Assembly (NCBI GenBank): GCA_000002445.1
Contig: CP000069.1
Span: 576,001 to 640,000 of the forward strand
Source: Trypanosoma brucei
Taxonomy: Eukaryota
DNA: 64,000 nt
Direction of reading: 5' to 3'
A model generated the notes under the pieces. That model saw only the letters and a program-made list of their open reading frames with translations, searched no databases and was not told the origin of the DNA. Positions 10,267-23,852 of this stretch are shown here, one piece after another; positions within the stretch are counted from its first letter, which is position 1, and the number at the start of each line of letters is the position of its first letter. Position numbers and translations under genes: made by a program.

Positions 10267-11943
10267 CGTAAACTACAACAAGAAATAAATTATTATTATT
10301 ATTTTTTTTCCCCCACCCTTCCTTTCTCACCCAAAGAAATACAAAAGAAAAAAAGGGAATAAATTTGATTAAAAAACAAAACAGGAGAGAGAGAGAGAGG
10401 GAGGGGGAAAAAAAAGGTTTGTCTCCCGCGTATGTCCAATAGATTAGAGAAGTAGTTGATGAAAGGAATAAAAAGAATATGCCTTTTTTACTTCCACGTA
10501 CTTCCTATCGATTTCCTTCCCTTAAAAGTTGAAACATGTCCGGACGATGTATGACTCACATTCCTCATTCGCGTTAAATGCAAAATAAAAAGAAAAACGG
10601 GGTAATAACTCAATTACAGAGGACAGTCAATGCCTTACCTACCACACTACACCAAAAAAAGAAAAAAGCGAAAATCTGTCAGGAAAATAAAAAAAACGAA
10701 TTGGTCTTGTAATTTATGTGCAGTAACAGACCCGTTCACGCACATACATACATATACAAAAAAAAAGGAAATGAAAAAACTTTTTAAGTCGAGTAAGACT
10801 TAGCTACGACACCCTTTTTTTTTCTATGTAAATATTAAAGAGGAAAACATATAATAATTTATTGGTAGGGTTCCACGATTCCTTTCGCAGCCTCCGGCAG
10901 AAAAAAAGAAAAGGAAAGAACGAGACCATAAAAATAGGAAAGAAAACAATATTAATTCACCAAACTAGTGAAAAAGAAAGAAGGTACGAGGAAGGTAGGC
11001 TGTAGATACAATCTTTGTGGGGCACTTTTTCAACCAATCAATCAACCACTGGCGGAAGCAAAAAAAAAAACAAAAAGGAGTTGTGCATATACGTGTATTG
11101 GTACTTCTTGTGTTCGTGTTGTTGTTTTTTTTTTTGCGACACCGGTTGGATGAGGCGCACATAATCACGCTGTCACACTCCACAACTTCGCGCAGAATTA
11201 ATGAAGAAAGTTATGGAGGTACGCTTCTTCTCCCCTCTTCCCTTCTCAGTACACACACGCAGAGAAACGCACAGCGCGTGTTTCATGAGACTTTGGATAA
11301 AATAATACAGAAGGTAAAAGAAAAGAAAGAAAACAGTAAGGAGCCACTACCACCCGACATCAAATTCAACATATTCGAAAACACGGCAACGACTCAAAGC
11401 GTTAAAAAGATATATATATATATGAGATGTGGCGAACAGAGGAGTAGAGAAGGAAAGATAACCAAAGAAAATCATAAACACAAACGGGCGCACAGGGCAG
11501 TGCAGAGAGATATGCGGCCTACAATCACAGCCACCATCTTTCTCACTCACACGTGCCCCTTTTCGCTTCGTCTGTGTTTTCGCGCAGCTTCACCTTTTAT
11601 TGTTATTATTTTTTTTTCTTTTTTCATTCGTGCTCTCAAGATCCATCACTCTTGACTTTGGTGGAAATAACTCGGCACGTCACGTGCATCTTAAATGTCG
11701 CATGTAAGAGGAGGGGGGGGGGAAACGAAAGCAAAAAAGAAAATTTATGAATGAGCAACAAACCCACTCTTTTATCATGATACAAGAATAGTAACGATAT
11801 ATTTATATGTGACTTTGTTTCTCAAGAGAGTGCCGTTCTCTCGTTCTCTTGTCTTGTCTTGTTTTATCTTTGCTTTATTTATTTATTTATTCCCATTAAG
11901 AAAATATCTAGAGAGCACTGCTGTTAAACTCACTGTCCACGCA

Positions 11944-13851
11944 TTACGACGAGCCGCTCCCCAGAGGGTGTGCGACAGGATGAAACATAGTTCTCTTGTC
12001 TTGTATGAAACTACTAACCGCATCATGTGGTGGATTAGCACAAACAGGCCGGCATGTAACGGAGGATCCGCTTCCCAAGTGACACTGCAGAGTAGAAGGA
12101 GCCGCAGGTGATGCCACTTCCGTATTTTCAACTGTTTCAGATACCGGCGGTTGCCCAGCTGGAGTGCGCTCCCATAGGACTTTGCGTTCTGGAGAATGAC
12201 TGGTCGTCCTCGGTACATACGCGAAAACGCGACAACACGTTTCAAGCTTCTCACGGGTACGAGAAACAAGTTGCTCGACTTTGCATCCTGGCGAGGCGAA
12301 CCCTGCGGAAATTCCCCTCAGTTGTGGGAGAAGTGCGAGTTTTATATCGGAATCCTCATGGGCGCTGAGAGGGTTTTCCGCCGTTCGGGAACACCAGCGG
12401 TTCACCATAGCGCGCTGCGTGGCGTAGTATTGCTGCACGAAGGGATTAAGCACTCTATGTGGATGAAGCACCTCTTCACCTACCGTCATCTCCTCTACAA
12501 TTGATGAAACAAGCTCCTGTTCTCTCTGCGCATCGGCCTCCGGAATGTCGCATTCCATTTCCATCTCTTGTAGAGTGGGAAAGCGCAGACAGCGGATCTC
12601 TTCCATGAAAGGTAATCTGGACATGAAAAGTACATCTTCGTCACCTGTCGTTAACGGCACGCAGAGGAACATGTTGGGGTTTCCATCAGTCGATCGGACA
12701 TAACGCACCACCAAGGCTGAATCTTGAGCTGCCAGTGCCTTTACAATGCTTCGGAACGCCCTCGTCCCAACGGGGTCATCATCTAGCGGTGCTATCATGT
12801 ACGATGTATCGACCACCAGCACATGAACAGGAACCTGGTTTTGTGGAATGCAAGCAACAGCATCAATACCCCGTGACCCGCGTATCTTTGTAGCTTCAGA
12901 GAGGCGATTGCTGCTGGAGGCTGTCGGTTTGTTTACGGGAGTCTCCAGACACGTTTGCTGACTGTCCTCTTCCCCGCCTTCTAATCGGAGAGTTTCTTCG
13001 TCAAACAGCTGCGAGTGAGCTGCCTTTCTACTCCCTGGCACTCGTTCAGTCGGTGCTGGTGTCCGATTTGCTGGTACATGCATTCGTCTCACTTTACCGA
13101 GCACGTTCGTAGCTAAGCGCACTTCACCGATTGTGAATACCGTCTTTTGTGCAAGGCTGCGTACTTTTCGGCACACCAACTGCGCAGCGCTCACCAGGGC
13201 ATCACGTAATGTTATTACTCGACTGTCGTTACCCAAAGCCTTACACAAGGTGTACAGTACAGTTTCATTATCAACCTTCACACGGTTACTAGTGAGTGAT
13301 GGGGCTGATGCACCGGGAAGCAGGGAACCTTCACCTGTCACTTGGGAGAAATCAATCCCCACAACAATAAGTGTCACCCCCCGCGCTCGCAGAGCGTTCA
13401 GCACATCGCGGAAGACGCTCTTCCTGACCACCTCAGCATGCGCATCCGTTAAGAGATACAAAACCTCCCTGAATTGCTTTCTTCGTTTCTTCAAGTTAAA
13501 CACCTCTACACATAGAGTAAGAGTTTCAATGAAATTTGCACTGGATCCCACACCCTGTTGCTCCTCCCGGTCACGCAGGATTCGGTGCAGTATTGTGATG
13601 AACTCAACAGATGGTGGAGCCGGCAAACATGGGGCGGAAAGCTGAGCTGCGCTCCCACAAGTACTAACACTCGTTGATGTGCCCCCGCTGTAGCTTCTGC
13701 AACCACCAGCCACAACTAAAGCGACCTCATCATATGAAGAAGGGCACATGGTCTTCAGTACGGAAAGGCGACAGAACTCCACGGCCTGCGCAAGTGAAGA
13801 AATCGAGCAGTTTACGTCTAGGGCGAAAATAGTTGAGGTACGGAAAGCCAT
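11944..13851 (-). CDS. KU80: Ku70/Ku80-family DNA-end-binding protein (probably Ku80)
   Basis: The track start at 13896 is GTG. The first ATG is at 13851 (MAFRTSTIFALDVNC..., a vWA-like N-terminus). The Ku beta-barrel/core resemblance is ALVVRYVRSTDGNPNMFLCVPLTTGDEDVLFMSRLPFMEEIRCLRFP (cf. Ku A(L)xxRYVxR..P.L..L.P...LPFAED.R..FP). The Ku80 assignment rests on recalled T. brucei chr6 synteny and is weaker than the family call. Confidence 0.6.
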   Translation of the reverse strand: MAFRTSTIFALDVNCSISSLAQAVEFCRLSVLKTMCPSSYDEVALVVAGGCRSYSGGTSTSVSTCGSAAQLSAPCLPAPPSVEFITILHRILRDREEQQGVGSSANFIETLTLCVEVFNLKKRRKQFREVLYLLTDAHAEVVRKSVFRDVLNALRARGVTLIVVGIDFSQVTGEGSLLPGASAPSLTSNRVKVDNETVLYTLCKALGNDSRVITLRDALVSAAQLVCRKVRSLAQKTVFTIGEVRLATNVLGKVRRMHVPANRTPAPTERVPGSRKAAHSQLFDEETLRLEGGEEDSQQTCLETPVNKPTASSSNRLSEATKIRGSRGIDAVACIPQNQVPVHVLVVDTSYMIAPLDDDPVGTRAFRSIVKALAAQDSALVVRYVRSTDGNPNMFLCVPLTTGDEDVLFMSRLPFMEEIRCLRFPTLQEMEMECDIPEADAQREQELVSSIVEEMTVGEEVLHPHRVLNPFVQQYYATQRAMVNRWCSRTAENPLSAHEDSDIKLALLPQLRGISAGFASPGCKVEQLVSRTREKLETCCRVFAYVPRTTSHSPERKVLWERTPAGQPPVSETVENTEVASPAAPSTLQCHLGSGSSVTCRPVCANPPHDAVSSFIQDKRTMFHPVAHPLGSGSS

Positions 13852-14573
13852 ATTGGAAGGTTTACCGTTATATAATCTTTTCGTTCTTACACACACACAC
13901 TTTCTTTTTTTCTTGGTAGTTTTATTATACTTTCTTTCAGTCCCCTACGCGAGCAGCAATCAGCGGTTCCCTGTGGTGTAAACTGTTGTGTACCTTTCCA
14001 GATTGATACCAGATGTCACCGTGTAAAGGTAATAATAAATGAGCACAAGCAAGCAAACAGAGGAAGAAGAAGGAAGAAAGCGTGAAAAATTGTTTGAAGA
14101 GATAAAAACGCTTTTTTTCTTTTAAAATGTGCAGGTGTATTTTCAGAAAGAGCAGCGGATTACTTTAAAGATTGGACGAAACCCGTCACCGGATCAAAAC
14201 ATATCGTAGATTGCTCATCTATCCGACATAAATATGTAAATAATTAAACAAATACATATACGAATATATATATATATATATAACGCAATGAAAAGAGTGT
14301 TGAGGGGTTGGAAGTCGGAATATTTACTGGCATATTGAAGCGCTGCTGGCTGGCAGAAGACGTAAAAGCGAATCGAAGAAAAGGCACGAAGGATGAGAAA
14401 AAGAGAAGTGTGTATTGTGGGGGTAGAAACATTTCAAGTTTATCCTTACGCTCCACGCACACATTTTTATGATTCTTATTGCTTCTTCACAAAACCCCCA
14501 CTATACGTACGAAACGAGAGAGAAGGTAAAAGAAAAAAGGGGGAAACGGGCGCCATTAAAACTTCTCTCAACA

Positions 14574-16460
14574 TTACGCTTTCAGTTTCTCAAGATGGTT
14601 AGCGAGAGACGTCTTCTCTGCATGTAACAACCGAATGGCCTTACTAGCCATCATTTGATATACAATTAACTCCACTCGCTCCTCATTAAGCACACGCAGC
14701 TGCCGGTTCGCCTTGTCAAGTTGCTCCTGCAGATACGCATCGCCTACATTGATTGACTGCGACAAGCCACTGGAAGGGGTCCCCCTTCTCGGTGAATCCA
14801 ACGACAATGGAAGGGCATCCTCACATGCTGCACTGGGCTGGAAACTGATATAATCGGTGCCCTTCAGCTTCGCGTTATCAATAGAAAGTTCAGTCACGCG
14901 CTGCGTTAGTTCTTTGTTCTCCATTATATGTTTCAGCGATTCCGCACGGAGTTTCTGCGCCAAGACGTTCACCTTGTTCTTCTCTAGAGCAAGAAATTGT
15001 GCAAGTTCCACACGCTCCTTATCAGTGCGCTTCAAGTCGGCATCAAGCTTCTCTATAGCACGCCTCATTTTCATTGTCAAAGATCGCCAGTCATTAGCAT
15101 CATCACCGCCCATCGCAACTGCTGCTGCTGCTGCACCAGACGCAGTGGAAGTGCCACTAACAGGTCCGGTACCGCCCAGCTGCGAACTCTCGCGCCGTAA
15201 CATATCGTTCTCAGATGTGAGAATCTTGATCCGTTCCTCAAGTACACGAATACGATCCTCGTAAGCTGTCCGCTCTTCCGACAAGGCGGTCTCCAGCGTC
15301 CTGTCATTCTTTGAGTCGAGATCGGCAAGCAATTGGTAATAGAGAGCTTTGTAGTCCAGAATCTCATGTCGCTTGGCATCCTGTTTAATCTGAATTGCCC
15401 TCTGACCAAACATAATAGCGCCCAAAGTCTCCTCAGTAGAATCATCGCAGGGGCTACAGTTTACAACAATGGACGTGTTGCCGTTACCAAGCAAAGAGTA
15501 TTGCAAAATACGAGTGAGTTTCGACTCGCGGAACGGGGCGTGCTGAGACCCACTTTCAGTCAACGCCGCAACAACCTTCCCCAGCACGAGCAGACTCCCG
15601 TTAATATGCGTTGCCTCATCCAGCGTTTTTCCTTCAGCATTGGTTCGGCTGGCACGCTCGCTTCCCGCTAAGTCACAAACGACGAGACGACCTTGTAGTG
15701 CTATTACTGGTTCATTGTTAGCCTTAGCACTGCTCAGATCCACCGTCTTCACCTTAGCAGACCGTGTGAGGTTGAAATTAAACACGGTGTGGGAACGGGA
15801 GCTGGTATTGTTCATTTTGGTGCTGGTCATCTCCTTACGGTCCATTCCCTCATAAAAGTACTTGAGACAATCTTCATAGCTTTCCACTTTCCTTTCGATC
15901 GACGCGCCAGACGCCTCCGTAACTAGCACCACATCACCGCGACCCTCAGGGCCAAGTTGAATTCGTACACGCCCTCCTTGGGGATCTAACAGATCCGTCA
16001 GCATTTCATTATACAATTGAACATAACTTACGGTGCAAGAGTAGTCGTATTCCGTATCAGCCTGGAAACGATCCCATATATCACGAAGACTCTGCTGTAG
16101 CACACCAGGTTTCTCTGGGTCATTATTACTGATGGTAAATGTTTTACCGGAACCTGTTTGACCGTAGACAAAAAGCACGCCATGCTGACCATCAAATGCA
16201 GCATCCACAGCCCCACGTGCAACCTCATTGTAAATCGTCTGTTGTGTGCATTCCGGATCGAAGACACGATTAAAAAGAAACGACTTTGTTCCTTTGCGCG
16301 CAGAACCTCCTCTTGTTATTGTAACGCGCTGCGGGTCAGAAGGATCACACACAAGATTATTGAAAGTTCCTCCCTTTAACTCACGCGGGACGGGCGGCCT
16401 CACTCGAAGAAAAACCGAAATGTTCTTCGGAGCTGCCTTGCCGCTGAGTGGTTTTGCCAT
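14574..16460 (-). CDS. Kinesin, N-terminal motor domain with C-terminal coiled-coil
   Basis: The start is ATG. P-loop GQTGSGKTFT, switch I SSRSHTVF and switch II VVCDLAGSE are present. The neck and coiled-coil tail follow (LEERIKILTSENDMLRRE...). Confidence 0.9.
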   Translation of the reverse strand: MAKPLSGKAAPKNISVFLRVRPPVPRELKGGTFNNLVCDPSDPQRVTITRGGSARKGTKSFLFNRVFDPECTQQTIYNEVARGAVDAAFDGQHGVLFVYGQTGSGKTFTISNNDPEKPGVLQQSLRDIWDRFQADTEYDYSCTVSYVQLYNEMLTDLLDPQGGRVRIQLGPEGRGDVVLVTEASGASIERKVESYEDCLKYFYEGMDRKEMTSTKMNNTSSRSHTVFNFNLTRSAKVKTVDLSSAKANNEPVIALQGRLVVCDLAGSERASRTNAEGKTLDEATHINGSLLVLGKVVAALTESGSQHAPFRESKLTRILQYSLLGNGNTSIVVNCSPCDDSTEETLGAIMFGQRAIQIKQDAKRHEILDYKALYYQLLADLDSKNDRTLETALSEERTAYEDRIRVLEERIKILTSENDMLRRESSQLGGTGPVSGTSTASGAAAAAVAMGGDDANDWRSLTMKMRRAIEKLDADLKRTDKERVELAQFLALEKNKVNVLAQKLRAESLKHIMENKELTQRVTELSIDNAKLKGTDYISFQPSAACEDALPLSLDSPRRGTPSSGLSQSINVGDAYLQEQLDKANRQLRVLNEERVELIVYQMMASKAIRLLHAEKTSLANHLEKLKA

Positions 16461-18330
16461 AATGGTGATATCCTGTTGCCTTTTCTATCTCCTTCCCCCC
16501 CCTCAATTCTTATGCACAATATACCGAGCAACTGAACGACTAAATGGATCCCAGTTTTTCTTCTTTAAAGCGGAGGAAAGTCAACTCCCTTCCTGTATGA
16601 TCCACCCTAGCAATTGAATTCTCACAAATTTTAAAGCTGAAGAAAAGCAACGACGTATATATGTATATTGACCTGTGTTTGTGCTTACGTAAATGCCTAA
16701 AAACAGATCAAGGCGCCACCTGTAACTCACCTAATACTGTTTGGTCTCCGATACTTTTCTGTCTTGTTTTTTTTTCCCCACTGCTGATGTTGCTCTATCT
16801 TACCTTCTGTATTTCTACCGACAGTACACACGGCAATATTTCGATATATGTATGTATATATGTATATATGTACTCGCCTGTGTTTGTACCTATTCGTATA
16901 TTCCGTTTAACTCCCTTTGCTTTGCCTTTTTTTTCTTTTCTTCTACACTTTGCTTCCCCCTTTTCTTTACTCTATTTCAATTAACCTTTGCGTACAACTT
17001 TTGCTTGTCCACCACCTTTGGTTTGGTACACTACAAATATATGTATACAAATATACGAAGTAGCGCTTGATATATATTTATATATTTATATATGTGTTTA
17101 ATGAGCAGCTAGTTTATAACGACGGTATTTACACGTGATGCAATTCGTATTCGTTTCTCCTCGCGCCTTTCCTTTCCTTTTTTTTCTCCCCCCTTCCCCC
17201 CACCCCGCAGGAAAGAAAAATTTCTCCCTTTACGAGTTATATATGTGTTTGTATTTGTATTATTTTCCCTGTTTTACTTTGTTCAATTTCGGCTTAGTGG
17301 AAGGGAGCGCCTTACGTTAGACGCTGTACCCCAGTAATAAAATAAAACAAAGAAAAACAAGTGCGAATATTAAATAATAATAATAATAGTAGTAGTAGTA
17401 AACTTAAAGGGGGAAAAGAAAAAAAGAGACAATGCTGAACGCTTAACCTTTGAAAGGATACGAAGCACCAAAAATGTAACAATACGAGAGAGAGAGAGGG
17501 AGGGAGAGAAAGAAAGAAAGAAAAACAAAAAAAAAAAATAAATAAGGAAAGGAAGGAAGGAAGGAACATGGAGTGAAGTGCAGGTAACATTTAAAGGCGT
17601 ACGAGAAAACAGAAAGATAACAACAAAGTAACGATAGAAGCGACAATATTAAACATCTCTACAAACATGTGGATGCGTACGTTTACACTCTTATATATTA
17701 TATATTATATATCATATATAATATAAACACCTCGACAGACACAGTTGCAGCAACACCACATCCCGCCAATGAAAACTTTATTTTTATTTTTTTCAGTGAA
17801 GAGAGGAATGAAAAAAAAGAAAGGGAAAGAGCCTGCCCCAAAAAAAAAAAAAGTACAAAAGCATCACAAGCATAATACGACAAAAACAAAAACACGTGAA
17901 CACAAGCTTTTAGAACAACCTCTTAATGTTATTCATAAAGGTGAGGAAAAGAAAAGGTTGCCGTACACAAGTGAAAAAGTGAACCACATAAGTATTTTGC
18001 ATGTGTGATGATATTTTTAAAAACCTACGCAAGCATCTATAAAAATTTTCACAAGAAAAATAAAAAAAGAAAAAAAAAAGGCACCTTTGCAACTGCATTA
18101 CTTCACGACAGTTTGGCACTCAAAATGTGTATGGACAGGAGTAAGAAGAAAGGAAAGGTAAAACAAGCGACGCGTAATAAGTTCTCCATCTAAAATAACG
18201 ATTTGATAACAGAAGAAAAAAAAAATGAAAATCACGTTAGACAAAAATACATGTAGCAAAACACCACCACTACCACCATCATCAACAGCGTCAACAGTAC
18301 AAGGCCAAACAACATAACAACAACAACAAC

Positions 18331-18332
<2 letters not shown>

Positions 18333-18373
<41 letters not shown>
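18333..18373. repeat. (CA)n microsatellite preceded by (CAA)n, about 65 bp downstream of the MAPK stop (in its 3'UTR)
   Basis: Direct reading: caacaacaacaacaac then (ca)x20. Confidence 0.9.
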
Positions 18374-18380
<7 letters not shown>

Positions 18381-18438
18381 AACATACATACATGTATAGA
18401 TATGCGTATGAACACATGTACATGCATTTACCGCAGCA

Positions 18439-19674
18439 TTACCGTCTCGAAGCACTGAAATCTGCAATCTCTGCTTTCATCACTGCCCGAAGCACAGGTT
18501 CAGTGAACTCAGCACTATCGAAATTCCAGTGAAATCGATTGCTTGGCTGTATCTCTAAACCCTCATCCTCACATTTCTTCCGTATATCTCGCAACCAAGG
18601 GTGCGTCACAGCCTCCGCCGCCGTCATGCGTTCCTTTGGGTTGTACAACAACAACTTGAGGAGAAAATCTTTAAATAACGCATACTCCTTTTCAGCAGCC
18701 GCGGCAATATCCGCTTCGGAAGCAGCACTACCGCCATCCTTCGCATTACCATGAGTTGTTGTACCTTCCATTTCATAATCATCCTCCGTTCCGTAACTAA
18801 ATGCAGTTAAGTACGCCTGTTTCAGTGTTGGATGAACGCCCTCCAGTCCTAATGGTTTCCTCTTGGGTAATGAACGCAAATAAGCCAACGCTTCAGGTGA
18901 GCGTATGTGCTGCAAGTCCTGCTCAACTTGTGGCAAACCCAACGCATCCACTAAAAGGTTTAGTTGGTGGATGTAATCCCGACCTGGAAAAAGAGGACAC
19001 CGCAATACAATTTCCGCTACAAGACATGCTACGCCCCACATGTCTACCGCTCCATCACAGTCATCACCAACCAAAAGCAGTTCAGGCGGCCGGTACCACC
19101 GCGTAACGACGTACGATGTCACATTTACACCGACACCTCGCGCCAGCCCGAAGTCGCACACCTTCACAACACAATCCGAGTCTGTCAATATATTCGCTGG
19201 TTTCAAATCACGGTGAATAATGTCCGCGCTGTGCATGTACTGTAGCGCACACAACAGCTGATACGTCAAATATTGACAATGAATACTCATCAATTGTACG
19301 TTAGGGGATTTAACCACCGTTTGCAAATCCGATGACATGAGCTCTGTTACCACATAAACATCAGAAAAGTCCTCACTCACTGGGCGAAAGACATCCCTCA
19401 TCGAAATGATATTCGGATGTTTCAGGAATCTCAAAAGCTTCACCTCACGCAGCGTACGTTTGCCATCCACAACATCCGCAAACACGTTGCCAATTTTCTT
19501 AATAGCAACCTTATCGCCCGTTTCCGTGTCAATGGCACTACATACAATTCCATATGCACCGCGGCCAACGACATTATTCACTTCATAACGCCGTGGTACC
19601 TCCACCTTCCACTGGGTATTAAAAGTGTACGTCACTCGACCGTCTGCATCGGGACTGGACACATGCGTCAACAT
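18439..19674 (-). CDS. Mitogen-activated protein kinase (CMGC/MAPK family) with a C-terminal extension
   Basis: The start is ATG. The kinase motifs are GRGAYGIVCSA, AIKK, HRDLKPANIL, DFGLAR, a T-S-Y activation loop and TRWYRPPE. Confidence 0.9.
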   Translation of the reverse strand: MLTHVSSPDADGRVTYTFNTQWKVEVPRRYEVNNVVGRGAYGIVCSAIDTETGDKVAIKKIGNVFADVVDGKRTLREVKLLRFLKHPNIISMRDVFRPVSEDFSDVYVVTELMSSDLQTVVKSPNVQLMSIHCQYLTYQLLCALQYMHSADIIHRDLKPANILTDSDCVVKVCDFGLARGVGVNVTSYVVTRWYRPPELLLVGDDCDGAVDMWGVACLVAEIVLRCPLFPGRDYIHQLNLLVDALGLPQVEQDLQHIRSPEALAYLRSLPKRKPLGLEGVHPTLKQAYLTAFSYGTEDDYEMEGTTTHGNAKDGGSAASEADIAAAAEKEYALFKDFLLKLLLYNPKERMTAAEAVTHPWLRDIRKKCEDEGLEIQPSNRFHWNFDSAEFTEPVLRAVMKAEIADFSASRR

Positions 19675-20796
19675 TCCCTCAACCTAATGGATTATTTATT
19701 TTAACAACGTTACACTACACACAAACACACAAACACACACAAACACAACACAGATACACACAGAAATAAATAAATAAAAATATATATATTTGTGTAATTA
19801 TGTGTGCAGCAATAAATTCCAACTCGCTACTGTGAGCCAAATAAAAACGAGTGCTGACAGTACTACTGAAGCCTCCTTAACGCTCAATTCCACCTCTTTG
19901 GGGCTGCCTTTTTTTTTTTTAAATCACGCGGCTAAGCCAAAAAAAAAAGGAAAAAAGGGATGCGGGAAACAAAAGAAATTGCAAGAAAAAAAAAACACTG
20001 ACCCTTTTCCTTTTTTTTTTGAACCTGCCGCTGACGTTCCTGATATCTTCTTGTTTATCACTCGCTAAATCGCTCACCTTCTGTTTGCGGAGATGTGCGG
20101 ATGATTATGTTTTCGTTTATTAATTGTACCTCCCTATTCGATATGTTTTCTTTAATTAATTTTTTTCCTCCCCTTTCCCTTACCTAAATGTATTCACCAA
20201 AGAAATTTTCAAAAGAAAAAAATAATAAAAGGAACAACAACAAAAACAACAAAATGGAGTGAAGGAAACATTCAGTACATTTTATCAATCTTTTTGATCA
20301 TATATATATATATATATATATTATTTATTTATTTTTTTGAATTTCTCACACGATCCCAAGAAACAATCCAACACATACACACACACACACACACAGAGAG
20401 AGGATTGCGAATGGAGAAATAAACATGAAAGCAAACTAAAACCCACCCTTTTAAAATTAATCAAATATATCAGGCATCTTAACATGTTTCATACGCTTTT
20501 GTCACACATGTCACTGAAACACAAGTGTCTGCATATGAATTTATTTTTCTATTTTATTTATTTTTATTTTTTTGGAAGAGGGAGGAAAATGGGATCTTTT
20601 ATTTTTTTTTTTTATTATTTAATTAAAAGCCTGTAAATGGAGATGTGAAAGACACATAAGTGTTAATAGCATTGAGAGTACAAACAAGAAATACAACAAA
20701 AACCCTCATGCGTAGATGTTTATTTACCTAAACGTACGTACATATGCATATGTGTAAGCATTCATAATTATGTTACTGCTCTCCAGCTTTTTTTAA

Positions 20797-20827
<31 letters not shown>

Positions 20828-21486
20828 TGCATATACAACAGCAGAAACGAATCATTTTAAATTCCTTTCGACACATCATTCATTCATTTATCCTTGACGA
20901 CTACAGTCACAACAAAACAATATCAAATTCAACATCATCAAAATGTTTCGTTAGCACTTCCCCGTCTTCCTCCAGTCCTTTTCCTTCTTCTTTTTTACAT
21001 ACCTTCATATTTTAAAATAAATGAACCTTTACTCTTCTTCTTTGTTTTTTTTCTTTGTCCCCCCCCCCTATTCCTACATTAAATGCTCATATCGAAACTG
21101 TTTCAAATCCTTTTTAATACTGCCACGTGTTTATGTCGATACTTTTTAAAAAAAATTTAAAAAATTCTTCAAATGGAATTATTTGGTACCGCTTCTCTTT
21201 TTGCCTCGCTTCATTGACTCATAAGAATGTAAATGTCTAAACATACTAAATATTGTATACATATATAAATAAATAAATAAATAAATATATATATATATAT
21301 ATAAATATTCTGTGTGTCTGTTCGGTGTCTATATTAAATGCTATGGGTGAAAGAAAGCAAGAAAAAGATAGAGGAAAGAGAAGAGAACAGAATACATTAT
21401 CCTCGTAGCGAAAGAATTTTTAGAAAAAAAAAACAACATCAAAAAAAAATAAATAAATATAATTAAGTAAATAGAGCAAACACATA

Positions 21487-21488
<2 letters not shown>

Positions 21489-21528
<40 letters not shown>

Positions 21529-21534
21529 GTGTGT
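21489..21534. repeat. (AT)23 microsatellite
   Basis: Direct reading. Confidence 0.9.
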
Positions 21535-23790
21535 GTAGATAATTATTTATATCATATTTATAGATGTAAATACGAGTATGCATATGCGCATATATATATA
21601 TATATATTTGTTTCTTTTTTATTTTAATATTTATTTATTTGTGTGTATCTGTGTTGTGTGTTGGTGGAAGGAGGGGAGGGGAAAAATGCGGCCTAAAGAA
21701 GAAACAGCAGGGATTTTGTATTTAACAGTTATACGCACCCGCATGGAATTTGGTGTCAATTTCAATAATGAGACAGAGAAGAAGGAAAGAAAAATAAGGA
21801 AGGGGTGAAAATAAAAAAAAGAAAAAAAAGAAAAGAAGGGAAAGAGACAAGGCGGAGTGGAACGAGAGGAAGAAAAAAAAAGGAGGAAAAAAAAGCAACA
21901 AACTATTATTTGAGAAACAGAAAAAAAAAAAAGAGAGTCGAAGCAGTCAACTTTTAAAAACCTCAGTCCCGCCGCCACCATTTACCCATTTACTTCACTC
22001 TCCTTTACCGCCAAATCTACACACTTTCCCTCTTGCAGGGAATTTATGTTTTGTTTTCGTTTATCCTTTTCTTCTTTCTTTTTTTTTCTTCTTGTTTTTT
22101 CCCCCGTTATATAATTAGCAATAACAAAAGTAATAATTTTTTTTAATTTTTACTTGTTATTACTTTTTATTTTTTGTTTACTTTCCTTCCCTGCTTCCCT
22201 TAGCACACAAGCATCCATATATATATATATATATATATAAACAAAAAAACAAAAAAACAAAATACATACGCACGCAAACATATACAAAAATGTTGGTACG
22301 TACACATATACAACTCACACCATCCGTTATTTTAGGCGGAGTCAAACAAAACAAAACAAAAATAGTAGCAACTGTGACAATAACAAAACGAAAAAAAAAA
22401 ACAACAACAGGAAGCGAAACCTGAGACACGAATAGAGACAGAGTAGCAAAGGCAATAACAATAACAATAACAACAATAATAATAAAAGGCTGTAATAACG
22501 CCAACACTGACAAAAATCATAATATATATATATATATATATATATAGATGTATGCATTGTATATTAGTAAAGATTGTTGTGGAAGCAGCAACTATAGTAA
22601 AAAAAAAAAGAAAAGCGTACACACGAAACGCAAAGTAATTGCTGTTGCCCTAATAATAATAAGTAATAGTAACAATATTGGAAGTTATGGGAAAGAGCAA
22701 GCGAGCGAGTAAAGGGACGGAGAGGTGCGAGTTTTGTAAACACACACACAAAAAAAATTAAAACAAAGAAGAGAAAATCAGACGGCAAAAATAACTGGAT
22801 CTTCAGCGATGCACATGATTTGACATTGGTATAGCGATGTCTCCACTTAGTTCAGTTTACGTTTGCAAGCTTACATCTCTTTCTCTCTCTCTCTTCCTCT
22901 TTTTTTAAAAAAAAAAATTATCGTCATTATTATTATTATTATTTTTTTTATTACTGGACGTGACACAACTATTCTTTTTGTTTTCTCCCCATCCTCTCTT
23001 TCTATCTTTTACCAAATTGAACCATCACATGCCCCATTTATATTTTTCACTTTCTTTCACTTCTTATTTACTCACTACCGTTACGTAATGGAAAAGTCTC
23101 TGCCGATGGATTTGCACCAAAAGTGATTAAATTCAAAGAGGAAGAGAGAAAAATAAGAATAAAAAGTGAAATAAAATGAAAGAGGCTTATAAAACTAAAT
23201 AAATACATATTTATTCATATATAAGTAAAAATATAAATAAATAAATAAATGATATTCTTTCTATTTTTCAAGTTTAAATAGAACCCTCTCCCTTCTTCTC
23301 CCCATCTCATGTCTTCTCTTCGCTGCATCTCATCCCGCACTTCACACACACAACATATACAAACACACATATAAATACATGAAAATACCAATATATAAAT
23401 ATATAAATATATAGATATATATAGATATATATAGATATATTTATATATACACGAATTTATATAAACCCCAACCCATTCTCCAACTTTCTCCCCTCTTTTA
23501 ACTACTGCCACCACTGTTCTCATATGCCTCTATATTTTATTTTATTTTATTTTTTAGTTGCTGTTTTCGCTTCTTGTGAAGAAAAGAAAACACATGAAAC
23601 ATAAATAAATAAAAATAAAATAAAAAAGAAGTTTGTTGCCGCTTGATCTCTTTCTCTCTCTCTCTCCCCTCCCCTTCCGCTCCACCGCGCGTTTACGCGT
23701 GAGCAAAACATGTGCACTTGTCCATTTGCCTCTACGCATTGCTAAACAAAACAAAGCATTTAAATTGCAAAATAAAACACAAAAAACAAA

Positions 23791-23852
23791 ACACACACAC
23801 ACACACACACAAACACAAACACACAAACAAACAAACAAACAAACAAACAAAC
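23791..23852. repeat. Compound microsatellite (AC)10 ... (CAAA)7
   Basis: Direct reading. Confidence 0.9.
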